DNA from: an uncultured bacterium
GTDB taxonomy: Bacteria; Omnitrophota; Omnitrophia; Omnitrophales; Aquincolibacteriaceae
Reading direction: 5' to 3'
NCBI GenBank assembly: GCA_964606385.1
Contig: CAZSFZ010000007.1
Coordinates: 6,688 to 70,687 of the forward strand
DNA: 64,000 bases
Every line of letters starts with the position of its first letter. Positions within the stretch are counted from its first letter, which is position 1. Both the position numbers and the translations under genes were made by a program. This document shows positions 1 to 9,347 of the stretch, piece after piece. The notes under the pieces were generated by a model, which worked only from the letters and a program-made list of their open reading frames with translations, did not search any database and was not told the origin of the DNA.

Positions 1-96
1 GAATAACCGTCGATCAGCAACAGCTCGCTGGTTCCCCCCAAGCCTGCTTTTAACACCTCGAAAAGCTCGGAAAGAACGGTCGGGAGATTTTTCTCT

Positions 97-2010
97 TCAT
101 TTTTCGCCATGATCGCGAGAGAGACGTCGAAACTCGCCATACGGGTCGATATCCTTTCTTCGGACAATAAAAGGCTCGTCTTTCCCCAGATACGCTTCCA
201 GCATAAACGCATGCTCTTTGATAAATTCATCCCATCCAGTTCCCTCCGGCAAAAAGACCTTTTGCTCGTCGACTGTTTCTTCGTTGTACTGCGAAAGTTT
301 TTCGGAAGGAACGGTTTCAAAAAACATGATGTAGTTTTTATTCGTCTGCGGCGCAAGGTCCGCATAATACATGGAAACGCGATCATCCATAAGGTAAAAC
401 GACGGTCGGATCTTTTTACTTCTTCGGGTGGCCTCGAACAGGTCTGTCGAGTTGAGGCACACCCTTGACCAAAAATCTTCGAACGCGGCGGCTCGCACCG
501 AGATCTGCCGGGGGAAAACATAAAAAAAACTCAAAAGTTCCATCAAGATCACTGCGCTTAGGATCGTGTTTTTCCAGGGGCTTCCAGCGGCATAGAAGCT
601 CAAAATCGGGAACATCAAAACCGGAACAAAATAATGGGCGGGAACAACATCGGACCCCGTCGGCAATATTAAAATAAGCAGGGTCACTAAAAACATTAAA
701 AGCACATACCGGTTTTTAAGGCCCGTGATCAGAAAAACGCTAAGTCCTGCCGTAAAAATAAAGTAATTCTTGAGGTAGGCCAACAAAAATTTCGCGCTAA
801 ACGTTTCTTCCCGCAAACCCCTTATGTCGCCCAAAAACTCACGCAACATCTCTCCGAGGCCGTAAGATGAGAAAAGAAGGGAAAGGTGAAGCGTTAAGAT
901 CACAAAAAAAACTCCCGCCAGATACCATAAAAAACACTTCCATCGTTTGAATAACAAGGAAAAACCAAAAAGAAACACCGTGATCATAAATAATCCGTTA
1001 TAACGGATCATCGCGGCCAAAACAAAAAAGGCGGCGGCCAAACCGTTCCTGTGTTTTCCGCGCTTGACCAAAAGATAAAACCCACAAAGAAAAAAGAGCA
1101 GAAGCATGGTTTCGCTGCTTTTCGTGAGGTCCACGGGAGGGATATAATCCGCACGAAAAGCCACGATGGTGAAAAAAAGCAGTAAGTACAAAAAAACGGG
1201 TATGCTTTCCTTAATCCCAAGTTTTTGCCCGTTCCCGATCTCCTCGGCCGATGCCTTCAAAACCGGCCCCAAGGCCGCAAAAGCCATGAAAATGCTGAGC
1301 CTTGCGATAAATTCGGCGTTTCCGAGCAGGACCATCGCGAACATATTAAGATGGACCGAAGGTGCGAACGGAAATTGCGGGATCATGGTCAAGGGCGTGC
1401 GATACCCCGTCGGCAAAACCCCTGTTTTAAGGCTGTGCGCTAACCAGTATTGTTCCGCGCCATCTCCGTTAAAAAGAGCGAAAAAAAGTTTTTCCCGAAA
1501 AACATATAAAACGCTGACCAAAAAAACCGCGTAGAGAATGGCGAAGCTTTTTGATCCGGATTTTTTGGGGCTGGCCGTCGAAACCAAAGTTCGGGGTCTT
1601 GAAAAAGAGGGCCAGGCCAAACTCCATCCCGCCAAAACTCCGAGGCCCATCAGCGCCGACATGATCTCACGGGTGATTTCAAGGCCTGTAAAAAGCTTGA
1701 TCGCTGTGGTGGAAAAAAAATAATAAAAATAATTGATCAAGAATCCCTTAAAGGATATTTCCAGCACGCTTTCTCCAGGCTTCCTGAAGCGGTGCGCGAC
1801 AAAAACGCCCGGCACAAAATAGATCATCAGGGTCCCTGCCGTGACCGTCGCCGCGGAAAGGGCTTTGATCCACGGCGGAGAATGAACGATCCCGACCCAA
1901 AACGCCGGCACTGTTCCCCACGGCAACCCCTGCGAAAGGGAAAGCGCTTCGACGGCGCCTATATAAAAAACCCATAACGAAAAAGAAAACAAAAAGTTCC
2001 TTGAGGTCAT
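97..2010 (-). CDS. Large polytopic membrane protein, 12 or more predicted TM segments plus a soluble C-terminal domain of about 150 aa. Possible GT-C fold glycosyltransferase or polymerase-like protein. Last gene of the radical-SAM operon.
   Basis: The long ORF spans 97..2142. I place the start at the ATG at 2008-2010 (MTSRNFLF...), which abuts the stop of the upstream gene at 2024. Many hydrophobic stretches. I recognise no specific catalytic motif. Confidence 0.5.
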   Translation of the reverse strand: MTSRNFLFSFSLWVFYIGAVEALSLSQGLPWGTVPAFWVGIVHSPPWIKALSAATVTAGTLMIYFVPGVFVAHRFRKPGESVLEISFKGFLINYFYYFFSTTAIKLFTGLEITREIMSALMGLGVLAGWSLAWPSFSRPRTLVSTASPKKSGSKSFAILYAVFLVSVLYVFREKLFFALFNGDGAEQYWLAHSLKTGVLPTGYRTPLTMIPQFPFAPSVHLNMFAMVLLGNAEFIARLSIFMAFAALGPVLKASAEEIGNGQKLGIKESIPVFLYLLLFFTIVAFRADYIPPVDLTKSSETMLLLFFLCGFYLLVKRGKHRNGLAAAFFVLAAMIRYNGLFMITVFLFGFSLLFKRWKCFLWYLAGVFFVILTLHLSLLFSSYGLGEMLREFLGDIRGLREETFSAKFLLAYLKNYFIFTAGLSVFLITGLKNRYVLLMFLVTLLILILPTGSDVVPAHYFVPVLMFPILSFYAAGSPWKNTILSAVILMELLSFFYVFPRQISVRAAAFEDFWSRVCLNSTDLFEATRRSKKIRPSFYLMDDRVSMYYADLAPQTNKNYIMFFETVPSEKLSQYNEETVDEQKVFLPEGTGWDEFIKEHAFMLEAYLGKDEPFIVRRKDIDPYGEFRRLSRDHGEK

Positions 2011-2023
2011 ATGTCGATCCGCT

Positions 2024-3346
2024 TTATCCTCCGCCAAATTGAGACAGGGTCTGTTCATAAGACAGTTTCTCGACCTGGGCGTATTGAAAAACCTTGAGAT
2101 TGAAATCGCGGAATTTCCGTATCGAGAGATAAGTTCCCGCATTGTTTGCGAAAACGACTAGCGTGAAAAGGATTAAAAAAATATTCCTTAGGGCCTTTAG
2201 ATCCGACAAGGAAAAACCTTGAAATAAAATAACCAAAAAAGGCAGCAGGGCCGGCAAAGAATATAAGACGCACGACTCAGGACTAAAAAAACAAAAAAAC
2301 GTCGTGTGGACTACTTCAAACCCGACCAGCATCATGAAGGCGGGGGACAAGCCGCCGGCCCTTCGCTTGAAAAAACCAAAAAGCGACGCGACGACCAGGA
2401 ATGAATAGGTCATTCCAAAAAGAACCTGTGGGACTACAAAGCCGCTCAAGCGCGTGTACACGATCGAATCCACAAAAAAAGCCCTCAGAACGAGGAAAAT
2501 GTTGTAAACATCCCAGCGAAACCACCTCTGTAGATATTCCATTGAAAACTTAACCATACCCACGGGACCGAATCCTTCGCCGCCAGATAAATTGTAGAAG
2601 CGGTAGTAAAAATCATAAAAAACATAAACGCTCCCCGTCACAAGAAGGCCCCAAAATAAAACCGCCAGGCTTTTCACAACAGCCCTTTGGAAACTTCCGG
2701 ACTTGCAGAAAAAAAGGACCCCGACAGCAACGGACAGCCATATCATGGCCGTTGAAGCCAGAACACAAAGACCGAGCAACGCTCCAAGGACATGGGTTTT
2801 AGGGCCGGAAGGGGAGGGCCTCACACAATACCAAAAAAGAAAATTTTGAAACAGCGTCGTGACAACGTACGTCTCAACATTGGATGAAAAGATCCAAAAC
2901 GAAAAACATGCCCCGTAAAGAAGCGTCAACGCTTCCGCAAAAAATCCCGCTCGCTCCCCTTCAAAGACAGCTTGAAAAATCCTGTAGCTAACGATCAGAT
3001 TCAACAACCCCATAAGGGCAAAAGGGAAAATCAAGGCGCTCTCGTTTTGGAACGGCAACGCCGAAAACAAAATCCGGCCTAGCCAATAAAGCGGGATAAC
3101 GACCCACGGGAAAAGAGGATGTTTTTTGACGTCGCCCGGGTCTTCGATGGCGTCCGGTCTTGGGATGAGATCTCCTTTGACTATGCTCACATACTCAAAA
3201 TCATCTCCAACAGCAGTTTTTTTGCCGTCCAAATAATTGCCGATCGGAAAAGCGAGCAGGTAAAAAACAAAGTAAAGACCGAGCGCCGCGGGGAACGCGC
3301 GCTTGGCTGTTTTTAAAAAAAAGTCAGTTCTTTTTGTGGAGTTCAT
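2024..3346 (-). CDS. Polytopic membrane protein, GT-C-like. It has an acidic DDFEY motif in the first predicted extracytoplasmic loop, as seen in PMT/ArnT-like glycosyltransferases.
   Basis: The ORF spans 2024..3526. The internal start MNSTKRTDFF... at 3346 avoids overlap with the upstream gene. Multiple TM helices. A GDDFEY loop follows TM1. Confidence 0.5.
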   Translation of the reverse strand: MNSTKRTDFFLKTAKRAFPAALGLYFVFYLLAFPIGNYLDGKKTAVGDDFEYVSIVKGDLIPRPDAIEDPGDVKKHPLFPWVVIPLYWLGRILFSALPFQNESALIFPFALMGLLNLIVSYRIFQAVFEGERAGFFAEALTLLYGACFSFWIFSSNVETYVVTTLFQNFLFWYCVRPSPSGPKTHVLGALLGLCVLASTAMIWLSVAVGVLFFCKSGSFQRAVVKSLAVLFWGLLVTGSVYVFYDFYYRFYNLSGGEGFGPVGMVKFSMEYLQRWFRWDVYNIFLVLRAFFVDSIVYTRLSGFVVPQVLFGMTYSFLVVASLFGFFKRRAGGLSPAFMMLVGFEVVHTTFFCFFSPESCVLYSLPALLPFLVILFQGFSLSDLKALRNIFLILFTLVVFANNAGTYLSIRKFRDFNLKVFQYAQVEKLSYEQTLSQFGGG

Positions 3347-5465
3347 GGTCTTTGTGTTTTTGACAGCTGATTTTGATAAACGTCCAGAAGACCCCCAAAA
3401 GCTCCTGGGGGTTATAGAGCAGGTTGAAAGGCATGAAACACTCATTCGTGCAAAAGCATGCTCTGCTCTTAATAAGGTTTCGTATTTTTTCGGCTCGCGG
3501 CGAACTCCAGATCTTTCCCCAATCAAACTTTGCTTCTCTTAGATTCCCGAAAGGCTCGGGCGACTGTTCGCATGGAAAAACATCCCCGTCGGGAGAAATG
3601 ATCGCGTTAAGAATGCCCGCAAAACAGCGCATGGGATATTTTTTTTCGGTGAAGATTTGTTGTGTTTTTTCGGCCATTCTTATTTTGTAGGCCAGCCGAA
3701 ATCTCTCGAAAAAACCTTGTGTTAGATGAAAATACCTGCTGTTGATGTCTTTTAAAAGAGAAACATATTCATCGGCCTGAATAGCGCCATTGAGCCTGCT
3801 CGCTTGGGCCGGTCTTTCCAGCACAAGGCTGTATTGGTCGGGCCTCATTTTTAAAATTTCCACTTCAAAGAACTTCGGGACCTGATCCTTGTTTTCGCGG
3901 GTATAGGTCGTCAAAATGCCGACGATCAGGTTGGGGTAGATCTGTTTTAACTTTTTTAACCGGAAAAAAGATTCGCGTGTTCTTTCGAAAGCCCCCGCCT
4001 TCTGCCGCATCGCGTCATGAACGTCCGGCGGCCCATCCAAAGAAAGTTTTATTGAAATGCTTGTCGGTGAGCATTGCTCTAAGATCCTCTTCACGCCGTC
4101 GACAACGGCGTCGGGGTCATACCCATTCGTCAACAACGTGATTAAAACAGGCTTCAGATTCTTGTGAAGAACGCCAACCGCCTCGACAACGTCTCCCCGA
4201 AGAAACGGTTCCCCCCCGGTTACGGTAACATATTTGATCTTTGGCATCTTTTTTGTCGCACGGTCCATTTCATCCAAAGACAACTCCAGGCCAGAAAAGG
4301 ACTTTCCTTCCCCCAAGAAACAATGTGAACAGGCCAGGTTGCAGCGGTGGGTTAAAAAAAAGGTCGCTTGTTCAGGGGTTGTTTTATCTTTCCAAAATAA
4401 TTTTCGAGCGCTGTCGACACATTCCGCCGCAAAAATAAGCGCCTTCGCAATCCTTCCAAAGGTCCATTCCGAGAGGCCAAGGCACATCCCGAGTCCGATA
4501 GCGTTCAGCTGAAAAGCCATAAAAAGGATATACAAGGCACTTTGCATCGGATGCTGTTGCTGGGAGGCATAAGCAAGAAAGTCTTGGTTTAGAAGCGTCA
4601 TGACCAGGAAAGACAGGCTGGCGATAAGCGCATAAAAGGGGTTAGAGAACAAAAGGCCCGCGAGGACCCCCAGGGTAAAAACAAATGCGAGCGGAAAAGA
4701 ATAAATGAAGTTTTCATTTACCGCAAAAAATTTCTTTTCCCGGGCTAAATCACACAAGACCTTGCTGTTAACGGCGACCTTGATCCCCTCTCTCCCCGCT
4801 CTAAACTCCCTTTTTAGCAAAGAAAAAATGCTGAATTTTTTGCTGTGCAGAACTTTTATATCCTCGGCAAAATAGCTTTTGTAACCGTTCTTTATCAGCC
4901 GGTAACCGAAATCGCTGTCTTCAGCGCTCGGCATATTTCCAAATCCGCCCACATTTATAAAAACATTTTTTTCTACCGCCGCAAAGGAAGAGCCCAAAAA
5001 AGAAGTCCATCCTTTGAGCTTGGAAAGGTTATAACTCGTCCAGTAATTCTTGTATTGACTGACCCACCCTTTATCCAGTTCTTCTTTAGCTCTGTTCCCC
5101 ACGATCATGTCGGGAACAGGCTGGATTTTATGGCCCCTGAAGTATTCCGAAAGGATTTCTCCCGTCCCCGGCGGGAGCACAACATCCGCGTCAACAAAAA
5201 CCAGCACACTCCCTTTCGCGGCTCGGGCGCCTATATTCCGGGCCGCTCCGGCCCCTTGTTGCTTTCCGTTTCGGATATAGCGGATTTTCGGCTCGTCCTT
5301 GTCCAATATCCGCAGGGCACCTTTAGCGCCGTCTGTGGACTCATCATCCACTAAAATGAGCTCTAATACGCCATTCTGGCTCAAAATGGATTCTACGGTT
5401 CGAGCGAGCGTTGTTCGAGCGTTATGAAAGGGAACGATGTATGAAAAAGTCCGGCCTGTATTCAT
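3324..5465 (-). CDS. Fusion protein: N-terminal family-2 glycosyltransferase (GT2), a central segment of 3-4 TM helices, and a C-terminal radical-SAM domain with a SPASM-like Cys-rich tail.
   Basis: The N-terminus reads YIVPFHNARTTLARTVESILSQ...LILVDDESTDG...VFVDAD, a GT2 signature. Hydrophobic linker. Then THRCNLACSHCF (CxxxCxxC) and TGGEPFL. C-terminal cysteines CFAGILNAIISPDGDVFPCEQ...CFCTNECF. Confidence 0.7.
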   Translation of the reverse strand: MNTGRTFSYIVPFHNARTTLARTVESILSQNGVLELILVDDESTDGAKGALRILDKDEPKIRYIRNGKQQGAGAARNIGARAAKGSVLVFVDADVVLPPGTGEILSEYFRGHKIQPVPDMIVGNRAKEELDKGWVSQYKNYWTSYNLSKLKGWTSFLGSSFAAVEKNVFINVGGFGNMPSAEDSDFGYRLIKNGYKSYFAEDIKVLHSKKFSIFSLLKREFRAGREGIKVAVNSKVLCDLAREKKFFAVNENFIYSFPLAFVFTLGVLAGLLFSNPFYALIASLSFLVMTLLNQDFLAYASQQQHPMQSALYILFMAFQLNAIGLGMCLGLSEWTFGRIAKALIFAAECVDSARKLFWKDKTTPEQATFFLTHRCNLACSHCFLGEGKSFSGLELSLDEMDRATKKMPKIKYVTVTGGEPFLRGDVVEAVGVLHKNLKPVLITLLTNGYDPDAVVDGVKRILEQCSPTSISIKLSLDGPPDVHDAMRQKAGAFERTRESFFRLKKLKQIYPNLIVGILTTYTRENKDQVPKFFEVEILKMRPDQYSLVLERPAQASRLNGAIQADEYVSLLKDINSRYFHLTQGFFERFRLAYKIRMAEKTQQIFTEKKYPMRCFAGILNAIISPDGDVFPCEQSPEPFGNLREAKFDWGKIWSSPRAEKIRNLIKSRACFCTNECFMPFNLLYNPQELLGVFWTFIKISCQKHKDHELHKKN

Positions 5466-5473
5466 TCGGGGTT

Positions 5474-6889
5474 TTAGCCTTTTCGCAATAGCTTCACAAG
5501 GGAGGTAAAGTTCCTTTTAAGGTCCCAGACCCCCCGGATATTCGAGATCCTTTTGAGAATGAACGAGGGCCTAAAATAAAAGCTCTTGTTGGCTTTCTTG
5601 ACCATCGCGATCGCTTTTTCCTTAGGAAAACCTTCAAGTTCCAAACTGCCGTTGATCTCCCATCCTCCGGCGAACGCCTGTTTTTTTTCTTTCATGTACC
5701 AGTGCCGGTCGGACAAGGCTTGGTGGTGCTGGGCCCAGTGATAAATCTCGGTTCCGGGGTATGCGATGGTTAAAAAAGTGAAGGCGAGATCGAGGTTGAG
5801 GGCTTTAATAAAGGCGATCGTTTGTTTCGCGTCCTCTTCGGTCTCTGTGGGGTTGCCGATCATAAAATTTCCGATCGTTTGTATTCCGACTTTTTTGCAC
5901 AGCGCTACAGCTTTTCGGATGTGATCGGTTGTCATTCCTTTCTTCAGCGCATTCAAAATTTTTTGACTCCCCGATTCGATGCCGAAACTGATAAAACAGC
6001 AACCGCTTTGTTTCATGGCCTTTAAAAGCGCTTCATCCAGAAGGTCCGCCCGGGTATTACAGCTCCAGTATATTTTTAACCTTCTTTTCTGGATCTCGGA
6101 ACAAACGTCGTAAACCCATTGCTTGTCCGCGGTGAAAGTGCTGTCTTTGATGACGAATTGTTTGATCCGGTATTTCTGGTAATCCTCTAGCATTTCACCA
6201 ACGACATTCGCGGGCGAACGAAGTCTGAAACGCTTTCCGTGAACTAAGGAGGCGCTGCAGTAAATGCATTGGTAAGGGCACCCCCGTGACGCCAGAATGG
6301 ATGTCAGCGGGAGGGATTTTGCGTAGTAAATATCGTATTTTTTGATATCTAAGAGATCCAGGTCGGGGAACGGAAGCTCATCAAGGTTTTCTATGGTGAG
6401 AGGGGGATCATTGACGATGACCCGTCCTTCTTTTTTATAAATCAACCCTCGAATGTCCGCTAAAGTCGTTCCACTTTCCAGAGCCTTCACGAGGTTATAA
6501 ACCTCTTTTTCGCCTTCCCCATAAAACAAAAAATCGATATTTTCCGTGAACTGAAGCAGTTCTGCCCGGGTAGCGTTCACATGATGCCCCCCTACAATGA
6601 TCTTTAGGGATGGCTTTCTCTTTTTGAGCTCCGCGGTCAGCTCCAGAACCCCTCCGATCTGGATCGTCATGGCGCTAAGACCCACCATCACCGGCTCTTC
6701 TTTTAAGATCTCTCCAACGAGTTTTTCCAGCGTATGGCCCTGAATAGACGCATCGATCAGCCTGACATCGACGCCTTTTTTGCGTAAAAAAGTCGCGATG
6801 TATAAGACGCCCAGCGGAGGCAGTCCCAAGTGCTCTTTTCTTCCAAAAACAATGGGGGGATAAACCAAGACTACTTTGGCCATGAACAC
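5474..6889 (-). CDS. B12-binding-domain radical-SAM enzyme (class B; methyltransferase or rearrangement type).
   Basis: N-terminal cobalamin-binding Rossmann-like region (VVLVYPP...GLPPLGVLYIATFLRKKGVDVRLID). SRGCPYQCIYC radical-SAM cluster motif. Length of 471 aa is typical for this class. Confidence 0.7.
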   Translation of the reverse strand: MFMAKVVLVYPPIVFGRKEHLGLPPLGVLYIATFLRKKGVDVRLIDASIQGHTLEKLVGEILKEEPVMVGLSAMTIQIGGVLELTAELKKRKPSLKIIVGGHHVNATRAELLQFTENIDFLFYGEGEKEVYNLVKALESGTTLADIRGLIYKKEGRVIVNDPPLTIENLDELPFPDLDLLDIKKYDIYYAKSLPLTSILASRGCPYQCIYCSASLVHGKRFRLRSPANVVGEMLEDYQKYRIKQFVIKDSTFTADKQWVYDVCSEIQKRRLKIYWSCNTRADLLDEALLKAMKQSGCCFISFGIESGSQKILNALKKGMTTDHIRKAVALCKKVGIQTIGNFMIGNPTETEEDAKQTIAFIKALNLDLAFTFLTIAYPGTEIYHWAQHHQALSDRHWYMKEKKQAFAGGWEINGSLELEGFPKEKAIAMVKKANKSFYFRPSFILKRISNIRGVWDLKRNFTSLVKLLRKG

Positions 6890-6896
6890 ATCGCTT

Positions 6897-7910
6897 TCAT
6901 TGGTTTTTCCCCGTTGTTTTTAACCATTCTTGAATCGTTGACCGATCGAATGAAAAAACCAGATTCGCCTCTAGACAACAAGCGCTTAAACAGCTCCTGC
7001 ATGACGAGTCTTTCAGTCGTTGAAAGGCTCCCTTGAAGCCATGCTGCAGGACGTTCGCGGGAGCGGTGTGCCCGATCATGGGGGAGCACGGGTACATGTC
7101 GCCATTCGTATCGATGTTGCAAAACAGCTTCCCCGCCCAGCATTTTGGCATCCCCCGAAGTTGTTCTGTAGAGGTGGTATCTTGAAAAAAAGGCCAGTCG
7201 GCCACCGCTCTCAAGTAGCACCGTGACGAGACGATGGGCGCGCCCGCATCTTTCATTTCGATTAAACGGTTAAAAGTTTTTCGGTAAGCATCCGCTGAAG
7301 CAAAAATGTTTTCCGAAGAACCGATGCCTCGGGGGTGATAAGGAACCTGGAACAGGGTTTTAAAGCCATATTCTTTGGCTTTCTCAGCGATAAACTCCGT
7401 GCAATGGATGTTGTGTTGGGTGAGCACGGTCAGCGTCCAGACAGGAATCCTTCCGCGAATAAACTCCACGGCGCGAAAAAATTTGTCATACGAACCGGGT
7501 TCCCTGTTCCGGTCGTGCAGTTCTCTCTCGCCGTCAAAACTGAGGATCAAAAAATCCAGGTCCTTGATTTCGTCGAATCTCTGAGGCACAAGATAGCCGT
7601 TGGAGTCGCAATTGACATAAAGACCTTTTTCCTTCGCGCGACCAATAAGACGGCCGATGTCTTTGCGTAACAACGGTTCCCCGCCCCACAAGCTCAATTT
7701 CTGCACCCCTGCCGCGGCCATTTCATCGATCAGCCCGAGGAGCTCCTTGGTGCTCATTTCTTTTTGTCTTCTTAGCGGTATGTCGCAATAAGCACATTTG
7801 CTGTTGCAGCGATTCGTCACGGAAAGCATGACGCTTAGCGGCACTCTCGCTCCGAAGAGATTGGCCCTCAAGGCGCCCAGGCCCATGGCCACATTATTTT
7901 TGAGCTTCAT
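6897..7910 (-). CDS. Radical-SAM/SPASM domain protein.
   Basis: SVTNRCNSKCAYCDIPL (CxxxCxxC), GGEPLL, and a C-terminal Cys cluster CWAGKLFCNIDTNGDMYPC...CRSCLSACC. Its ATG overlaps the stop of the upstream gene in an ATGA arrangement. Confidence 0.7.
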   Translation of the reverse strand: MKLKNNVAMGLGALRANLFGARVPLSVMLSVTNRCNSKCAYCDIPLRRQKEMSTKELLGLIDEMAAAGVQKLSLWGGEPLLRKDIGRLIGRAKEKGLYVNCDSNGYLVPQRFDEIKDLDFLILSFDGERELHDRNREPGSYDKFFRAVEFIRGRIPVWTLTVLTQHNIHCTEFIAEKAKEYGFKTLFQVPYHPRGIGSSENIFASADAYRKTFNRLIEMKDAGAPIVSSRCYLRAVADWPFFQDTTSTEQLRGMPKCWAGKLFCNIDTNGDMYPCSPMIGHTAPANVLQHGFKGAFQRLKDSSCRSCLSACCLEANLVFSFDRSTIQEWLKTTGKNQ

Positions 7911-9316
7911 GGTTTCCCGTCAGCCGCATGGTTTTTTAAATACCGGTCCGCGATCTCCAGCCCCATGGCGATCACATCGTCCATGTTGCCGTATTTGAAA
8001 GAGCCGTTCCGCCCGAAACACACGAGGTTTGCGAACGGGTCAAGGAGCCTGCGGGCCGCCGCGACGTGGTCCCGGTAATTCATCTGATAAATGGGGTAAC
8101 TGTACCGGACCTTATGATAAAAAAATCCCCTCGCCCTTTTTGCTTTTTCGGTCTGGAGCCCTAATTTTGCGATATCCCGCAAGATCCTTTCGCGGATCTT
8201 CTCGGGGGGCATCTCCCACGTCTCATCTCCGTAATCACAGCTGATCTCGGCGCAAATAACGGTTCGGCCTGCAGGGAACCCGTGCTTCGAGAAGTTTTTG
8301 GGTTCGGAGATCCGGTTACTGAAAAATCCTTCTTCGGGCAGATAGATCCACTGGCTGTCGCTGAAAGAATCCACGTCGAGCACGAGATAAAAAAAGATCA
8401 GGGACCGGAATCTCAGCTTTTCAAAAACCTCTTTCTTCCCAAGGAGTTCTTGGTCCGCCAGGAGCTCCGGAAGTTCCGTCATGGGAATGGTTGACAGCAG
8501 GTCCGTAACATCGGCTTCCTGTTCTTGCCCCCCGTTTTCAAATGCCACGGACCGGATCCGAGTCTTCTGACCTTCTTTTTTTTCGCTAAGAATTCGCGTA
8601 ATGCGGGTATTTAAAAGCACTTGAGAGCCGTTCTCGAGGATCTTTTTCTTCAGATTCTCGGCAATCCGCCCGATCCCTCCCTCTTTGGGATAGTAAAAAT
8701 GGTTCGCGTAAGCGCGTGCCGGTCCTTGTGAGCGAAAGAGGGTTTCTTGCATGGCGCTCCACAAACTAAGCAGATTGATCCTTTCCTGCGCCCAATCTTT
8801 GGAGATCTGGTGGGGCGGAAGTCCCAACACTTTGTGGGTATAGGTGCCAAAGAAGATCCGGTAGAGTGTTTTCCCGAAGCGTTTGGTGACCCAGGATTCG
8901 AACGAGTCCTCGCCCCCGGGACAAAAAAGACCGCACAGCTTCGCCGTCACATAATCATAAAAACACTTCAGCAGCGTGCGTAGCGGCATGTTCTCCAGGA
9001 TGTTGTGGGTGTTTAGGGGATAAATGAAAAAGCGGTCATTCATAAAGATCTCGCTTTTTCTTTTTTGGACGATGAGATTCTCTCCCATGAGCTCTTTGAG
9101 CAGGCGAATCACGGATTGTCTTTTGGAGTGAAACCGGTGAGGGCCGTAATCATACGACAAGCCTTGCAACTCGCGGCTTGCGGCAAGACCGCCAACCATG
9201 GGCTCCTTTTCAAGCACCAGGACTTTGACGCCTTGGCTGGAAAGCCTGTAAGCGCAGGATAAACCCGCCAATCCTGCTCCCAAAATAACAGGGCTTGATT
9301 TTTTAGTTTCTGTCAC
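7907..9316 (-). CDS. FAD/NAD(P)-binding oxidoreductase of the amine-oxidase / UDP-galactopyranose-mutase / desaturase superfamily.
   Basis: N-terminal dinucleotide-binding motif VILGAGLAGLSCAYRL...VLVLEKEPMVGGLA. YGPHRFHS motif resembling the Glf/amine-oxidase family. 469 aa. Confidence 0.6.
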   Translation of the reverse strand: MTETKKSSPVILGAGLAGLSCAYRLSSQGVKVLVLEKEPMVGGLAASRELQGLSYDYGPHRFHSKRQSVIRLLKELMGENLIVQKRKSEIFMNDRFFIYPLNTHNILENMPLRTLLKCFYDYVTAKLCGLFCPGGEDSFESWVTKRFGKTLYRIFFGTYTHKVLGLPPHQISKDWAQERINLLSLWSAMQETLFRSQGPARAYANHFYYPKEGGIGRIAENLKKKILENGSQVLLNTRITRILSEKKEGQKTRIRSVAFENGGQEQEADVTDLLSTIPMTELPELLADQELLGKKEVFEKLRFRSLIFFYLVLDVDSFSDSQWIYLPEEGFFSNRISEPKNFSKHGFPAGRTVICAEISCDYGDETWEMPPEKIRERILRDIAKLGLQTEKAKRARGFFYHKVRYSYPIYQMNYRDHVAAARRLLDPFANLVCFGRNGSFKYGNMDDVIAMGLEIADRYLKNHAADGKP

Positions 9317-9347
9317 GTTCGCTTATCCTGGTAAAAATGCTGTTTTT

